The position numbers and the translations under genes were made by a program. Below are positions 1 through 12,985 of a stretch of DNA of 64,000 nucleotides, in pieces. How positions within the stretch are numbered: position 1 is the first letter of the stretch; each line of letters begins with the position of its first letter. The notes under the pieces are model-generated. The model was not told where the DNA came from, made no database searches, and worked only from the letters and a program-made list of their open reading frames with translations. Source of the DNA: Octopus sinensis (Eukaryota); contig NC_042997.1 of NCBI RefSeq assembly GCF_006345805.1, positions 198,462,001-198,526,000 on the forward strand, in the 5' to 3' direction.

Positions 1-252
1 ACTGCTAGTAGAATATAAAACTCTACAGTACTCTCGTCAGTATTGGAGGTTTAGTTGGAATATTCAATGTGTTGTTCACATACGCCATTTGAAATTTTCT
101 CATTTTAATTTTAATTCACAGAATAACATCATTTCACGGCTTATGATACCTTAAAATGAAACTGGACTTTTGTTCCCTAAATCAGCTTGCTGCATTAAAT
201 ATTCACGTGTTGAATCAATATCATTAAATTTATATTATATTGACCACAAAAA

Positions 253-463
253 GGTGGCGAGCTGGCAGATCCGTTAGCACGCTGGGCTTCGCGGTATTTC
301 GTCTGCCGCTACGTTCTGAGTTCAAATTCCGCCGAGGTCGACTTTTCCTTTCATCCTTTCAGGGTAGATAAATTAAATACTAGTTGAGAACTGGGGTCGA
401 TGTGATCAACTGTCCCCCTCCCCACAAAAATCCAGGCCTTGTGCCTAGAGTAGAAAGAATTAT
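253..463 (+). mobile_element. tRNA-derived SINE, family M (tail Y)
   Basis: Head ggtggcgagctggcaga..., B-box gagttcaaattcc, central ctttcatcctttc..gataaattaa, tail ccaggccttgtgcctagagtagaaagaatt; about 20 related copies in the window. Confidence 0.85.
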
Positions 464-657
464 ATTGATCCTATAAAATGAAGAATACAAGCAACACTGA
501 CATAGTTATATCTCTAAATCTCTAAAGTTCTTTAAATCAACGGGTTATTTCATATAATTCAAATATTTATATAAAAGTCTGTAACTCGATAATGATTATA
601 AGTACTTACATCTACCTATTCTAAGGAATGATAGGATTTTCCTTTTACTAATTTCAG

Positions 658-703
658 CTAAATATATACTTTAAAATATTTATTGGAGATGTTGATGACT
701 TTG
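658..703 (+). CDS. Candidate 46-nt internal exon (LNIYFKIFIGDVDDF), unassigned
   Basis: ccttttactaatttcag| acceptor and |gtaagt donor, with only one open frame; no partner exons or homology recognised. Confidence 0.2.
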
Positions 704-973
704 GTAAGTTTATTTCATGGAATAAAGTGTGTATTACCGAGAGCCTTTCTCTTCTGAAGAGCAATTAAGTCGTGCTGTTGTTACAGTTATAAGCAAGTGC
801 AAGCAGTACTACCCTGTGCCTCCCTCAGATGTAGAGCAAAGATATGAAACGCTAGATTTTCTTTTATTCCTCAAACGTAACTACAAAGACTCAGTCGGGA
901 ACTTAGCGCCACTGGCGCATATTATCAGATATTTACACGAATCATCTTAAGTCGACGTAACACCATTATCTTC

Positions 974-1346
974 ATTCTATCGCTGAAAATCATCTGGCAA
1001 GACAAAGTTGCAGACACAGAGGTCCTTTCTGGTGCCGATCTGCTAAGCATTCATTTACACTCTGCTGAAGAACGCGTAGGTCAGTTGGGTAGGTCACCTT
1101 ATTCGAGTGCCTGACACACAACCACACAAAAGATTGTTTTACAGGGAATTGGCAAGTGCACACAAGGTGGGCAGAAAAAGCGTTTCAAAGATACACTAAA
1201 AGCCTCACTGAAATGCTTTCATACCAACCCCGACATCTGGCAAATACAGGCACCGGGCCGCACCGTCTCGTGTAGAAGCACCAACAGTGGTGCAACCTCC
1301 TACAAATAGAATAGAATCACAAGAGCACAAAGAAATCGTGAGCTGC
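974..1346 (+). pseudogene. RTE (BovB-like) LINE ORF C-terminal fragment, frameshifted
   Basis: Translates in pieces to ILSLKIIWQDKVADTEVL ... QGGQKKRFKDTLKASLKCFH.NPD.WQ, a typical RTE-clade C-terminus. Confidence 0.85.
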
Positions 1347-1353
1347 ATATATA

Positions 1354-2306
1354 CACTGCGTCTCAAATTATTAACGACGTAACATTTAAAAAAAATTATT
1401 TTAAAACCCACTCGTTGGATTTCAACAAAATCTTCGCAGAATGATGGCAACAGTTATACGCGCGTGGTGTGTTAAAATACGTGAGATTCTGTAAAGCAAG
1501 ACAGAAACTACGGTCATCTATCGAATTTACGTAAACTTTCACTGTCTCAAATTATCAGCGAGGTGTAATTAAAATTCATGTAAACAAGAAAATACCAATA
1601 AACACATACAGTAAACATGGAAGAAATAAAAATAAACAAATAAACAATGTTCAAAAATGATAGGTGAGCTGGTTGGTAGGTGATATATGAGCCTTTGTTT
1701 GAAATAAGTTGGAATGTGTATTTTGTTTAAAGGAGGCCTTTTAACTGATCTCATTAGTTTACCGGTCTTTTGCAGAAGACATCGGATAGGTCTGGACACA
1801 ATTGTTTCGTCAATGCACTTGAGAATTTCTCCACTTGTAAGACCTGGCTTCTTTACAGCTTCATGTTTAATTTGTAACAGTGAGTGTTGAGGAACTGCCC
1901 TCGACTGATCCTTTGTCGGCTCTCTTACGAATCTTCGTAGAAACTATAACATTTCTTTCACAGTTTGGGGATATCTTCCAATTCTTTTAGATATTTCTAA
2001 CGTTGGGTGACCTCTTGCAAGTTCAGAAGTAATAACAGATTTCTCTGAAGCAGTTAAGTCACATTTACGACCGATATTTTTACACGATTATCAGATCACT
2101 TGTTAAAAATTTGGTACACTGAAAGTTCGTGAAATCATTCAAATGGCAGCGGTTTGTTTACACTTGTGCAAAACGACACCATCTTTTACACACCACGCGC
2201 ATATAACCGTTGCATCATTTTGTTGAAATTTCGTTGAATTTCAACGAGAGGTTTTTTTTAACTAAAATAAACAAATATTATATCGTTGATATTTTGGAAC
2301 ACAGTA
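1354..2306 (-). mobile_element. Tc1-type DNA transposon, internally deleted
   Basis: TA|cactgcgtctcaaattatt ... atattttggaacacagta|TA; about 130-bp imperfect TIRs (1354-1480 vs 2180-2306). Confidence 0.8.
1712..2075 (-). pseudogene. Tc1 transposase N-terminal (HTH) remnant
   Basis: GRKCDLTASEKSVITSELARGHPTLEISKRIGR ... QIKHEAVKKPGLTSGEI ... RSVKRPPLNKIH, with stops and frameshifts. Confidence 0.75.
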
Positions 2307-3540
2307 TATTATATATATATGAGTGTGTATATCCCATTAACTAAATTCAAAAGCTGTGGGCACCGATTTATTTTGTTTATATATTCTAACTAATCCTTAC
2401 CTCGTTCTTTATTTTAGTTTGTTTTAAATCTCATCAACTTCCCTTTATAGAACCCTTCCTTTACAAGCATTTCAGTGATTGCAATTGCAAACCGCCATCT
2501 CTTTGTAATTCTCTCCGTACAAGATTACTTTCTCCCTATTCACCGTGCATACAAGAGAATAAATTCGATAATCTCCCTGACCAGTGAAGGACCAAAACGC
2601 TAGCGGGTTTATACTTAATGAAATAAAGTAATCCGATATATCCCTTATCTGCGTTATCCCTCGACTGATATATTTTGGATGGAGCGGATATTTACTGTTT
2701 AATTTGAAACTGATACTCAGCAACCTCAAATCCCTCGAGATATCTGCTGGAAGGTCTTACCACAGTAAGTTTAAAAGATCTGATGAAATAGCAGGTGGTA
2801 ACCTTATGGATTAATTATTGTTTGACTGTACATAATTTGCATGTGTACAAACCACTAGGTACCTGGATGAAATGGCTCCACCAAATATCGAAACGACAGT
2901 CACATTTTAATAAAGTTATTTAACACCATCAGCTTCACTCTTATCTGGTATTGTATTCTGCGATGCACCTTTAACTGATTGATTGGCGAATCTCCTCGGA
3001 TTTAAAGTTTGTATTGGAATGCCCAGTGGATTATACAAATACGGATTCCGATTTTCCTCTCTTGATATTCTGTTCGGCAGATATTTCGCATGGAATGCTG
3101 ACCGAGGTCTTTGACTGGAATTCATTAACCTCTATTTTCTCTCTCACATATATGCATGCAGCCAAATACGTATAAATGCATTAAAGTATATCTATCTATA
3201 TATCTATCTATATATTAATGTATTAATATTTATATCAAAACAAATACACACTCATATATTCAAGTGTATACATACATTGACATAAACGTAAATATACTTG
3301 TATATACAGACACAGAGAGTAACAGCTAAATAAATAGCGTAGTCGATTTAACAATAAATAGCAACCAAGGGAGATTGTATCAGTTACGTATAACACTGTG
3401 TACATTGAGATATGTATTTCGAAACGAACATGCACAAAATCTGCACACACCAGCACATATCTCTCTCTCTCTCTCTCTCCTTCTCTTTGTCTTTCTCCTT
3501 CAAATATATTACACACACATACTCATATATATCGTAATGT

Positions 3541-3849
3541 GTGAAGACACATGGTGTAGTGGTTAGGGTACTCAGCTCATGATCGTAAAGTCCTGAGTTC
3601 ACTTCCCGGCAACGTTTTGTGTCCTTATCCAACCGCTTTATTTCTCGTTGTTCCAGTTCGTTCAGCTGGTAAAAAACGAGTTGTACCTGTAATTTAAAGG
3701 GCCAGTCTTGTCACATTGTGTTTCCCGCTCAATCGACCCCCAAGAACAGCGTAAAGGGTACGCCTATATGTGGAGTGCTCAGCCACTTGCACCTCAATTT
3801 CACGAGGGGCTTTTCAGTTGGTCGAATCATCTGGAACAATCGTTGTTAC
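3541..3849 (+). mobile_element. tRNA-derived SINE, chimeric (head/body like the 15685 copy, tail like the 18207 copy)
   Basis: Head ggtgtagtggttaggg...gagttcacttcc; body ttccagttcgttcagctg; tail tgtggagtgctcagccacttgcac..aatttcacgag shared with 18207-18591. Confidence 0.7.
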
Positions 3850-4483
3850 AATCAACAGAGAGCCAGGTCAGGTGAGGCCAATGTATGTGCTTATGCATTC
3901 GGTTAGAATACTGCTATATCTTATGTTATTACTCCTTTCAACCAGGAGGTTTCTCACAAGAACTTTTTCTCAAGTCAGCGAGGTTTGTACGCATGCAAGC
4001 CTTTTGAGCCGTCATTATAGCGTCATACATTCCGATCACAGTCTGGAGCTAAATACCAGGAAGACAGGAGTGGTACTATATTGCATCACATAGGTTGTAA
4101 AATCTTTGACTGGAAAAATATGTACTAGCCGAACCGAAAGGGTTAATGGATGATTGTGTGTAGGAGAGAGCTTTGCGGTGTATGCGTGGGAAACGTTGTA
4201 GAAAATTCGGTGGCGGATTCAGGAAGAAGTGTAGGGTTAGTGAGTAAAATAAAATGTTGCTCCAGCATGGCCGCCGTCAAACTAATAAAACAATAAAAGA
4301 TATATATAGTACATGTGTGTATGTGTGTATACATGGTTTGCTATATTTGTATGCATATAGATGTATGTGTATACTAAATTAATTATGTCATGTGTAAATT
4401 CAATTCTTTGCTATAATGCTTTGTGTTACATACATATCGATTGACAGTGTGCTGTAGCCATTGTAAACTATATATTGAAACAA

Positions 4484-4960
4484 TAAGTTCTAGGACAAAA
4501 AGAAAAAAGACGGCAAGACATCCGCCCGTCCTCACCTCTAAAAACCACCCTTAAAAATTTTTTTTCGTCACCCCCCCCCCACTTTTCGGCTACGGGGAAT
4601 ACGAATCTGTAAAAAATTTGGCAAAAATCGACATTTCTAAATTACTACCCCACCCCTATTTCCTTCATTTTAAACTTTTTTTTACAATTTTTTTTTTCAA
4701 AATATTTCACAATGCCGATTTTGGGCAATTTTCCGGAACCTCCGTATCCGAAAACGGGGATTTTTTGAAAAAAAAAAAAAAGAAACGAAAATAAACAAAT
4801 TTGGGAGAAAATGGGGGTGGGGGAACGGGTGGAACTCTTTCCGAAAAGACAGTTGGGGTATGTTCTGATTCTTGTTAGAAGAATGTACAACATGCGAGCT
4901 GTTTCCCTAATACGAGTGCGTTTACAAATTCGTTGATTGTAAAAGACGACAGTACACAGT
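4484..4960 (-). mobile_element. Possible non-autonomous Helitron/Helentron-like element
   Basis: Minus strand ends in hairpin gacgg..ccgtc, a T-run and CTAG; the other end is not identified. Confidence 0.3.
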
Positions 4961-5219
4961 TGCTGAGAAAGACCCCCATCTCGAAACCTCGAACGATACG
5001 TACAACTGTACCTTCTCTTTCTACCCAGGAACGTACTGTTTAGACATCTTCTTCACAATGCGCTTAGTTAACAAATTTATATATATTATTATAATATGAA
5101 TGCATAAATATACATACATATATATATATATATATATGTATTCTCACATACATATGCATGTGTAGACACAGGCATATACATACACACACGCACACATATA
5201 TGCACATGGAGATATGTCC

Positions 5220-5264
<45 letters not shown>

Positions 5265-6600
5265 TAGATTGTGACAATATCTGTTATAATATTAACGCTA
5301 GTTTTATTTTATATTCTACTAACGTATATTATTATTTGGTACTTTCCCGTCAATTTACAGTAATACGTATATGTTTATTCAATAATGGTCTACTGCATTT
5401 GTTTATATTATAATTTTTCATATTTGCAGTGTAACACTGGCTGGTTACATATCCAGCATTCGTCAAGTAGACTGGAATTACAAAATCAATAACTGAAACA
5501 GCCATCTTTACAAACAACTTCAGAACGTTGATCTAAACAAAATTACATCATATGTTTCATGTTTGGCTGACGACTGACAGTATAAAATTGCATTAATTGA
5601 ATGTTGTTCTTAATTTAGCATCCTTACCTCTTGGGATTAGAATGCAAAGCGTTACGGAAGTTTCATATGACATAGAAGGTACCCAAGGCGAAGTTTTAAT
5701 ATGATTTTGAAGATAGTGTTTTGATACCGCATTATAAGGTGATGAAAATTGTCTCTGCGACGCGATATTTTATCGCGATATAAATGTTGACATTTTAATC
5801 ATATTAACGGAGACAATTTAATATAGTTAATTAAGATAAGGCGTTTACAAGATTTTAATGTTATTTCATAATGATTAATATAGAATTGGCTTTAAAGAGT
5901 AAACAAGTAAAATGCAAAAACCAACAAAACAGAAGATAAGCAAAGAAGAAAGAGAAATCAAAAGAAAACAGATTTCTGAAACCTTATCAGTTACAACTGG
6001 CTGGCAACGAATTAAACAGAAATTGCAGAAAATGTCCTTGACTTTCAAAGAAGTCAATATACTTCTAGATTTAATCATTGCCGAATCCTGCTTGGAAAAC
6101 AAATTTCCCGTCAAGAAACAGGAATTAACAAGAAAGAAATTATTTGGTTGGGTATATTCTAAGTCTCATTAAGACTTCAGTATGTAATTGAACGATCAAG
6201 TTTCTATTAATCACCATGTCTGAAATTTGAAATGTGTACAAATACAATATTTACTAAAGCTTTCCAGTATGCCAACCACCAATGCAGTATTATGATGACA
6301 TTATCGAAGCGTGGCAATCATACATTCCACGCTTGTATCTCAGAGAGGAATAGCATATAAACATTGTACATTAGATGATCGGGAAGACTCAACGTTTAAA
6401 CGTAGTTCAGAGAGAGAAGTGTACAAGTGGTATATTGTCCAAAACAATTTTTAACACACTAAACTATCATGCGTGGAGGTACATGGCCTAGTGGTCAGAG
6501 CAGCAGACTCGCGGTCGAGGGATCGCGGGTTCGATGTCATGTGAGTGAGGTGGTGTCAAAATGAAGAATCTACTTGAGATTAATTCTTCTTCCTAAAATA

Positions 6601-6834
6601 CTTATTTCTTTACTACCTACAAGGGGCTAAACACAGAGAGGACAAACAAGGACAGACAAACGGATTCAGTCGATTACATCGACCCCAGTGCGTAACTGGT
6701 ACTTATTTAATCGACCACGAAAGGATGAAAGGCAAAGTCGACCTCGGCGGAATTTTAACTCAGAACGTAGCAGCAGCCGAAATACCGAAAAGCATTTCGC
6801 CCGGCGTGCTAACGTTTCTGCCAGCTCGCCGCCT
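6601..6834 (-). mobile_element. SINE family M (tail X), full length
   Basis: Reverse complement of ggcggcgagctggcagaaacgttagc ... ccccttgtaggtagtaaagaaataag. Confidence 0.9.
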
Positions 6835-6971
6835 TCCTAAATTACCTTTAACACTAATGGAGATATACGAGTATGACCTATCAAATGTTTTATATTCTCA
6901 AACAATCATCACTGAATAATGCCAATGCTTTCGAGAATACAAAGAGTACTTTCATGTCTGTCTGTCTGTCC

Positions 6972-7017
<46 letters not shown>

Positions 7018-7695
7018 AAATAGTATTTTAGAACATAGACGCCATAATTTAAGCTACTTATAAAAGAAAACATCTAAAGCCATCACTGACAAGCAGGTGT
7101 GACATGTTAGCATATAAAACTTTCACCAGTTGTCTTAGGTCTCTATGCTGTCGCCAGCCGATAAAGTCAGCCCCCGCCTTTGACACAATGGAACCTCTGG
7201 GATGTGACTGGTGCAGACAGAGAACGCTGCAGTGGCGCTCGATTGGTACTTATTTCAGCAGTGTACACTAGAGAATTGAGAAAGGTGACACCTTGCTTAA
7301 AGATATAACGCTCGGCTCGGCGGCTCAGGAATGGAACCAATGAACTTTGCGAGCGTTTTGCCTTCATTGTCAGGAGGTGCGCCTTTGCACCACATTCCTA
7401 CAGAGAGTGTAAAAATAGTGACGGGAAAACGAGTTCTGTTAATTTAAATAATTATTCTGCATCCTTTTCGGCTGGTTGTTTTGCAGTAAAATAACAAAAT
7501 GAAATAAAAATCAAAATTCAATGAATCAAAACTTATCATGTATAGAATAGATGGCTACTCTAATAAAGACTAAATTTAAGAGGGAGACCGGAATTGCATT
7601 GTAAAATTACTTTAGTCATACAATGAAACGGTAAAAAAAATTGCAACAGGGAAGCGCAGTTATTCTGATGAGTACTAATAAGCGCATGATAGTTT

Positions 7696-8000
7696 GTTTG
7701 TTCCTTCTCGAGCAATGCCTGGCTCATAGGGACCGGTTTCCAGGTTTCCTTGGCGTGTAGATTCCCCACCTGGACGAGACGCCGGTCCGTCGCAGGTGAG
7801 CTGCAAGATGCTGAAGGAAAGAGTGAGAGGAAGTTGTGGCGAAAGATTCAGCAGAAGTTCGCCATTACCTTCTGCCGGAGCCACATATTTAGAGCTTAGA
7901 TGTTTCGCTCATAAACACACACATCGCCCGGTCTGAGATTCGAACTCGCGATCCCTCGACAGAGAGTCCGCTGCTCTAGCCACTAGGCCATGTACCTCCA
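7696..8000 (-). mobile_element. tRNA(Arg-like) SINE, family R, V-domain-like tail
   Basis: Head gtggaggtacatggcctagtgg; ctgcgacggaccggcgtctcgtccag; 13-bp TSD cgcatgatagttt at 7683-7695 and 8001-8013. Confidence 0.9.
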
Positions 8001-8692
8001 CGCATGATAGTTTAGTGTGTTAAAAATTGTTTTGGACAATATACCACTTGTACACTTCTCTCTGTGAACTACGTTTAAACGTTGAGTCTTCCCGATCATC
8101 TAATGTACAATATTTATATGCTATTCCTCGCTGAGGTACAAATCCCTTCTACTGCTTTCTTGTTTTGATTACACGTATTATAACTTCTTCCTGTAAAGTT
8201 ATAAACTTAAGTACACTCTACTACCATTACCTCAGCACTTCTTACTTGAATATCAACATTAAAGTCTTCAAGTTATTCTGAATGAATGTTTCTGTTTACA
8301 ATTCTTCTAGATTCTTCTCTTCTAGATTCTTCTATGTTTAGCTCTACGAGAGCTCATCTAACCACCAAATGCTGCTCACTTATGTCAAGTTCGGTATCGA
8401 GAAGGCCTCTCTTATCACTTCCCCACTCCCTCACTCCCTTTCTCAACTCATCCTCGATGCTCACATTATTCTTTCATTAAATATCTACTTTATATTATTG
8501 GCAGGCTCAATTTATCATCCGGTTAGAACTACAACTAAAAAACTGAAGGTCTCCTGTTTGAAGATACCTTCCCCCTTCCCACCAATTTTGGAGGTCCTGT
8601 AAAAAGCTATGGGCATTGCCATTCTTTCCTGACTAAAATGATAAAACGTACACACTTCTAAGAAGATCAAATAACCATTCACTTGCTGAAAC

Positions 8693-8727
<35 letters not shown>

Positions 8728-9743
8728 TGAACGTGTTCGTGACGATGAAAACATCTGAAGCTTATACAGCGATCTATTGAAAATAACCAAACCACTACAA
8801 AGCAACATTCTGCTTAAGCTACCATGACACAATTATTATACACATCAAAGACATCGTAGAAGTACACCCTACTTATGTATAGAAAGCAACGAATTCAGAC
8901 TCAGCAGTGATAAGTGATAATCTCACAATTTATGACGGTCTCTTTGGCAATCTAAAATAGATAACGTTTTATGTTGAACATGTCTGATCCTACTCTACTA
9001 AAATTCTCTTTGTATCCACGATTTTTATAAGCATCGAACATGAAAAGTTCAAAATGAGTATCTACTGCATCGATTTAAAATTAGACTGACCTACAAAGTT
9101 CATTTATGGTGTTCCTTCTCTCCTGACTAATATAAATATATACTTCCACAAACAGTAAGGAAAATAGTAAAGGAAATATATATAGGAATAAAAGAGACCA
9201 AGATTTCTATTAAAGAGCTTAAAGCGCAAGTAAAGACGAGTTTTGACATCTTATTTAAATTATTTAAATAGTGATTTTTTTATTAATTAATTCAAGTAAA
9301 TATTACTGTGCAGATATTTAATTCACTTCTGCCATTTTTTTTTCTTTTAAATATTCGTGTTGGTTTCTCATATTAACAATTTCAGGCAGTTTTATTAAAA
9401 ATTTCAGTGCAATTTCAAAATACGATACAAATCTGGTTATTAATTCAATTTAGAAATAATTTATTTTTGCACTGTTATTCAATTAATATCCCATATTTCT
9501 TGAAGTAATCAAGTTTATAAGAATTTATGAACATTTCAATAAATTCTATCATTGCAAAAGATTTTTTCCCAATACACATGAAATTAATTCATATGTAAAT
9601 TCAACAACTCCTTATTAAAAAAAATCCCAAAATTCCCATTTAAAAAAAAAAAAACTGAAGATATTTCGAAATAATATTTTAAACAACAATTGATGCTGCA
9701 TAGAAAGTAATTAGTTAAATATAAAAAGTAAGTTGTTTACTTT

Positions 9744-9840
9744 GTCACGTGGTTTTGTCTTGCTGAACTTAAAATGACATTTTAAACCAATCACAATTGT
9801 TTTATATTGTGATCACGAAACAACTGACATTTGATTGGTT
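9744..9840. promoter_or_regulatory. Possible promoter module: E-box plus two opposed CCAAT boxes
   Basis: GTCACGTG at 9744, AACCAATCA at 9785, TGATTGGTT at 9832, within a stretch free of recognisable TEs. Confidence 0.3.
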
Positions 9841-11712
9841 CGTAAGACGAAAGAGTTCGTGTTACTGAGAGAGCTACGATCATTGAACGTATAATTAGTA
9901 TTAAGGAAATTAGACAGAGTGGTTTATATATATATTTGATTTAATTTAATATAATTTTTTTGTTATCATAGCAAAGTTTTAATTCGAAAATCAGCGCAAT
10001 GATTACAGCAAAAACGTAAATTCCAAAAAAAAATGGGAAAAAAAATCTTTATTTCACTCAAAGATAAAGCTTACGGAACACATATACCGACAGAAAATGA
10101 TAAATGAAAAAAAAGATATATTTTCCTCTTGAATTAATACCACTGATTTTGCGTTTAAAAGTTGCGTTACAAATTAGTCGTAAAAATTGCGTTACAAAGT
10201 AATCAAATCTCTCCGATGACAGAGGTGACTGATGATCACGAAGGATGATAACATTAACAAATCTCAAATGTCAGACAGAGGGGAAAATATACTGAAATAT
10301 GAATGCATAAGGACGAAAAGCAAAGTGAACAGAAGACTTTAATAGTTTGAGTTCTTCAAATCCAAATGAATAAATAACTGATAAGGAAAGAAATTTATGA
10401 CTTAATCCATATCATAAAATACAATAAATGCAACATGGTATATCTGAATAATACGGTTAGATTCATTAACGTATATCAAATTTTCTTTTTATCATATACC
10501 TAATAGGTCTGCTGAAATTGGATTTCAAATTATTTGTAGATTGTAATCATATTTTTATTAGAATTTTCGTGCATCATCATCCAATTTCTCATTAAGCACA
10601 TCTGAATCTCTACATGTTACACGTATAACTTGACATTTTATAAGAGTGTTATACGAAAAGAACATTCCTAGTATTAAGTACTGGAAACTTCTTTCATAGA
10701 TATACTACTTTTCTTTTTATTCCATATTCGTAGTAACTGTGAAAATAAAAATAAATCTGATTGGGTTACGCGGAGAGAAAAAAATACCATATCACTTTAG
10801 TTGATAATTAAGATGTGGGAAGAAAACAGTAAGTATTGGAGGGGAATGTTTCTTGAAGAGATACTGAAAACAGAAAGATGTCATTGTGAGAGAAAGGGAA
10901 GAAAGAGAGTGAAATAGGGGAGAAAGAGAGAGAGAAAGAAAGGAAATTTTGTCAGCCTTTAGCTATAATATTTGATATAAGAAACATTCCGGAAAACTAT
11001 TAGCTTCTAGCCTGGATTTTCCTGTTTTACAAAATCTATCAATTCAAGATGGTGAAATCTGCTCCTATAAACTAAAGCGTCAGAACGCTTTCATCATATT
11101 TCTCAAATATTCTGGTTAAAAGAATGAACAAATACAATTTTAAATTCTTTGCCTTGAGTATTATAAGATTCAATTGCTTGCTTTATGTTAAGAAAATGTC
11201 TCATCTTTTACAAAAAATATTTGCTCCACAAGTTTAGTATTATATTGATTTTATAGCTAGACACTAGTCAGGTTCATATGGAGAAGAGAATAATATTATA
11301 CGACCACCACAAGTGAATTTAATTAACTATAACAACGAACAGAAAGCTGCTCGCAGACTCACTTTTCCCAGAGCTTTCTTATTGTTCTAAAACACTGGCC
11401 ACAAATTCAAAATGTGATTTCTGTTTCTAAATGAAAATTCTTCAGAATTCTAAAGAGGGAAATGTGATGATGTGATGTTCATTGTCACGAGGTTTTTGTA
11501 TAAAAAGAAACTATTCGATTGACTGATTTCAGTCAGTCAGGAACCAATTTGATGAATGCAGTGCTCGAAATTCTCTAAGCTGCACCTCTTTCCTTTAAAA
11601 ATAATAATAATGCACGTCTGTGTCTTTCTCGAAAATATATACAAAATCATTACAACAGTATACACACACAAATATATACATACATACAGGCATACATACG
11701 CGCGTACACGCG

Positions 11713-11749
<37 letters not shown>

Positions 11750-11859
11750 GGAATAGAAGTACTTAAATTCTGGTTACAAAATCATCTCGAAGAAATTCCA
11801 GAGCGCATGAACTAGGTTTTTATTGAAACTTTAAAAGTTCTCTTCCAGAACAATTACTT

Positions 11860-12180
11860 TCTATTTCATGACACCCACTACCTTCGGAATTCCATTTCAA
11901 ACACGAACAGAGATTCACAATTAAGACCAATTTCACTTGTGTATCCGAAAATCTAATTTACGTGAGAACCTGTTCAGGTTGTGGATATAACTATATTGGC
12001 CAAACAAGGATGTCCCTTAGACGGAGAATTACCCTGTATAAGGAATAGATCCATTTCCCAAAGTATAGACAGATACCACTAAATGAACGTATTGATAGAT
12101 GTGCAGGGATTCTCCAACCAAATTCACGGTTTTCCCCATCTAGCAGTGGAAGGAAACAATTCCTATACAAGAACGGATAA
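11860..12180 (+). pseudogene. Penelope-like element GIY-YIG endonuclease remnant
   Basis: SEFHFKHEQRFTIKTNFTCVSENLIYVRTCSGCGYNYIGQTRMSLRRRITLYKE*IHFPKYRQIPLNERIDRC: LIY..C..C...YIGQT motif, one in-frame stop. Confidence 0.85.
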
Positions 12181-12211
12181 ATAAAGACAACAGACTAAGG
12201 TGACACTTGTT

Positions 12212-12985
12212 TTACTTGTCTGCTTCAAGAACCCTGCGAAGAATTCTTGCAGTTCCAAGCAATGCCGATTGTTGTAGATGTTCTACCTTCACACTTGCAC
12301 CAATCTTTTTCAGCCATGTTGGTAATTGAGTGTTGATATTTCCAAGTGCACCAATTACTATTGGTATCACGTCTAATTACTTCATTGATCACAACCTTTG
12401 TATTTCCCACTTCAAATCATCATAGTTGTTTGCTTAATTTCTTCTTTCACATTGCTCCTATTGTTATCGGTGCATGCTATGTTGATTATCATACGTGTTC
12501 TTTCTTTTTTATTCGCCACAACAATGTCCAGCTTCCTGTGTCTGGTTGGATGATCGCACTGGATCATTCCATCCCACAGGATTCTGCAATTCTCATTTAA
12601 CGTAACTCCTTCTGGGTTTTTCTCATACCACGTCTTCGCTATTTGTAGATCGTGATTTCCACAGACATCCCAATGGATCATTCTTGCCACATTGTCATGA
12701 CGTCTTTTGCATTCGCGTTGTGCCAATTTCGGGCAATCGCTAACGATGTACCATACTGTTTCAGGCCTCTCATCACTCATTCTGCATTTGTCGCTATCGG
12801 TAGTGCTGTCTATTCTGCACTTCATTTAGTTGGTCCTTAACGCTTGTTCCTGAGCTGCACATATGAGTACTTCTGTCTATCTTCAGGTCACTCCTCCTCA
12901 TCCACAGCTACCGGTCCCCTGTATCTGTCATGGCGTTCTTGCAAACTGATCATACATTTCCTTTTCCTTCCATGCCTTTTCTTTT
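12212..12985 (-). pseudogene. R4/Dong-type (RLE) non-LTR retrotransposon 3' fragment
   Basis: ICAAQEQALRTN; CRM..ERPETVWYIVSDCPKLAQRECKRRHDNVARMIHW (Zn knuckle); KLDIVV..IINIA (RLE); VIPIVIGALG; QQSALLGTARILRRVLE. Confidence 0.9.

Noticed and set aside
2472-3125. Minus-strand ORFs, including RGITQIRDI reminiscent of L1/Tx1 C-termini, and a 16-nt match to 14726
   Set aside because: Too short to assign; no flanking RT motifs found
5486-5750. Minus-strand two-exon model (...SPWVPSMSYETSVTLCILIPR|DQRSEVVCKDGCFSY*) with a 95-nt GT-AG intron
   Set aside because: Phase-compatible but no recognisable homology or upstream exons; plausible by chance
5912-6172. 86-aa helical-looking ORF
   Set aside because: No motif and no splice context; several ORFs of this length are expected by chance in 64 kb
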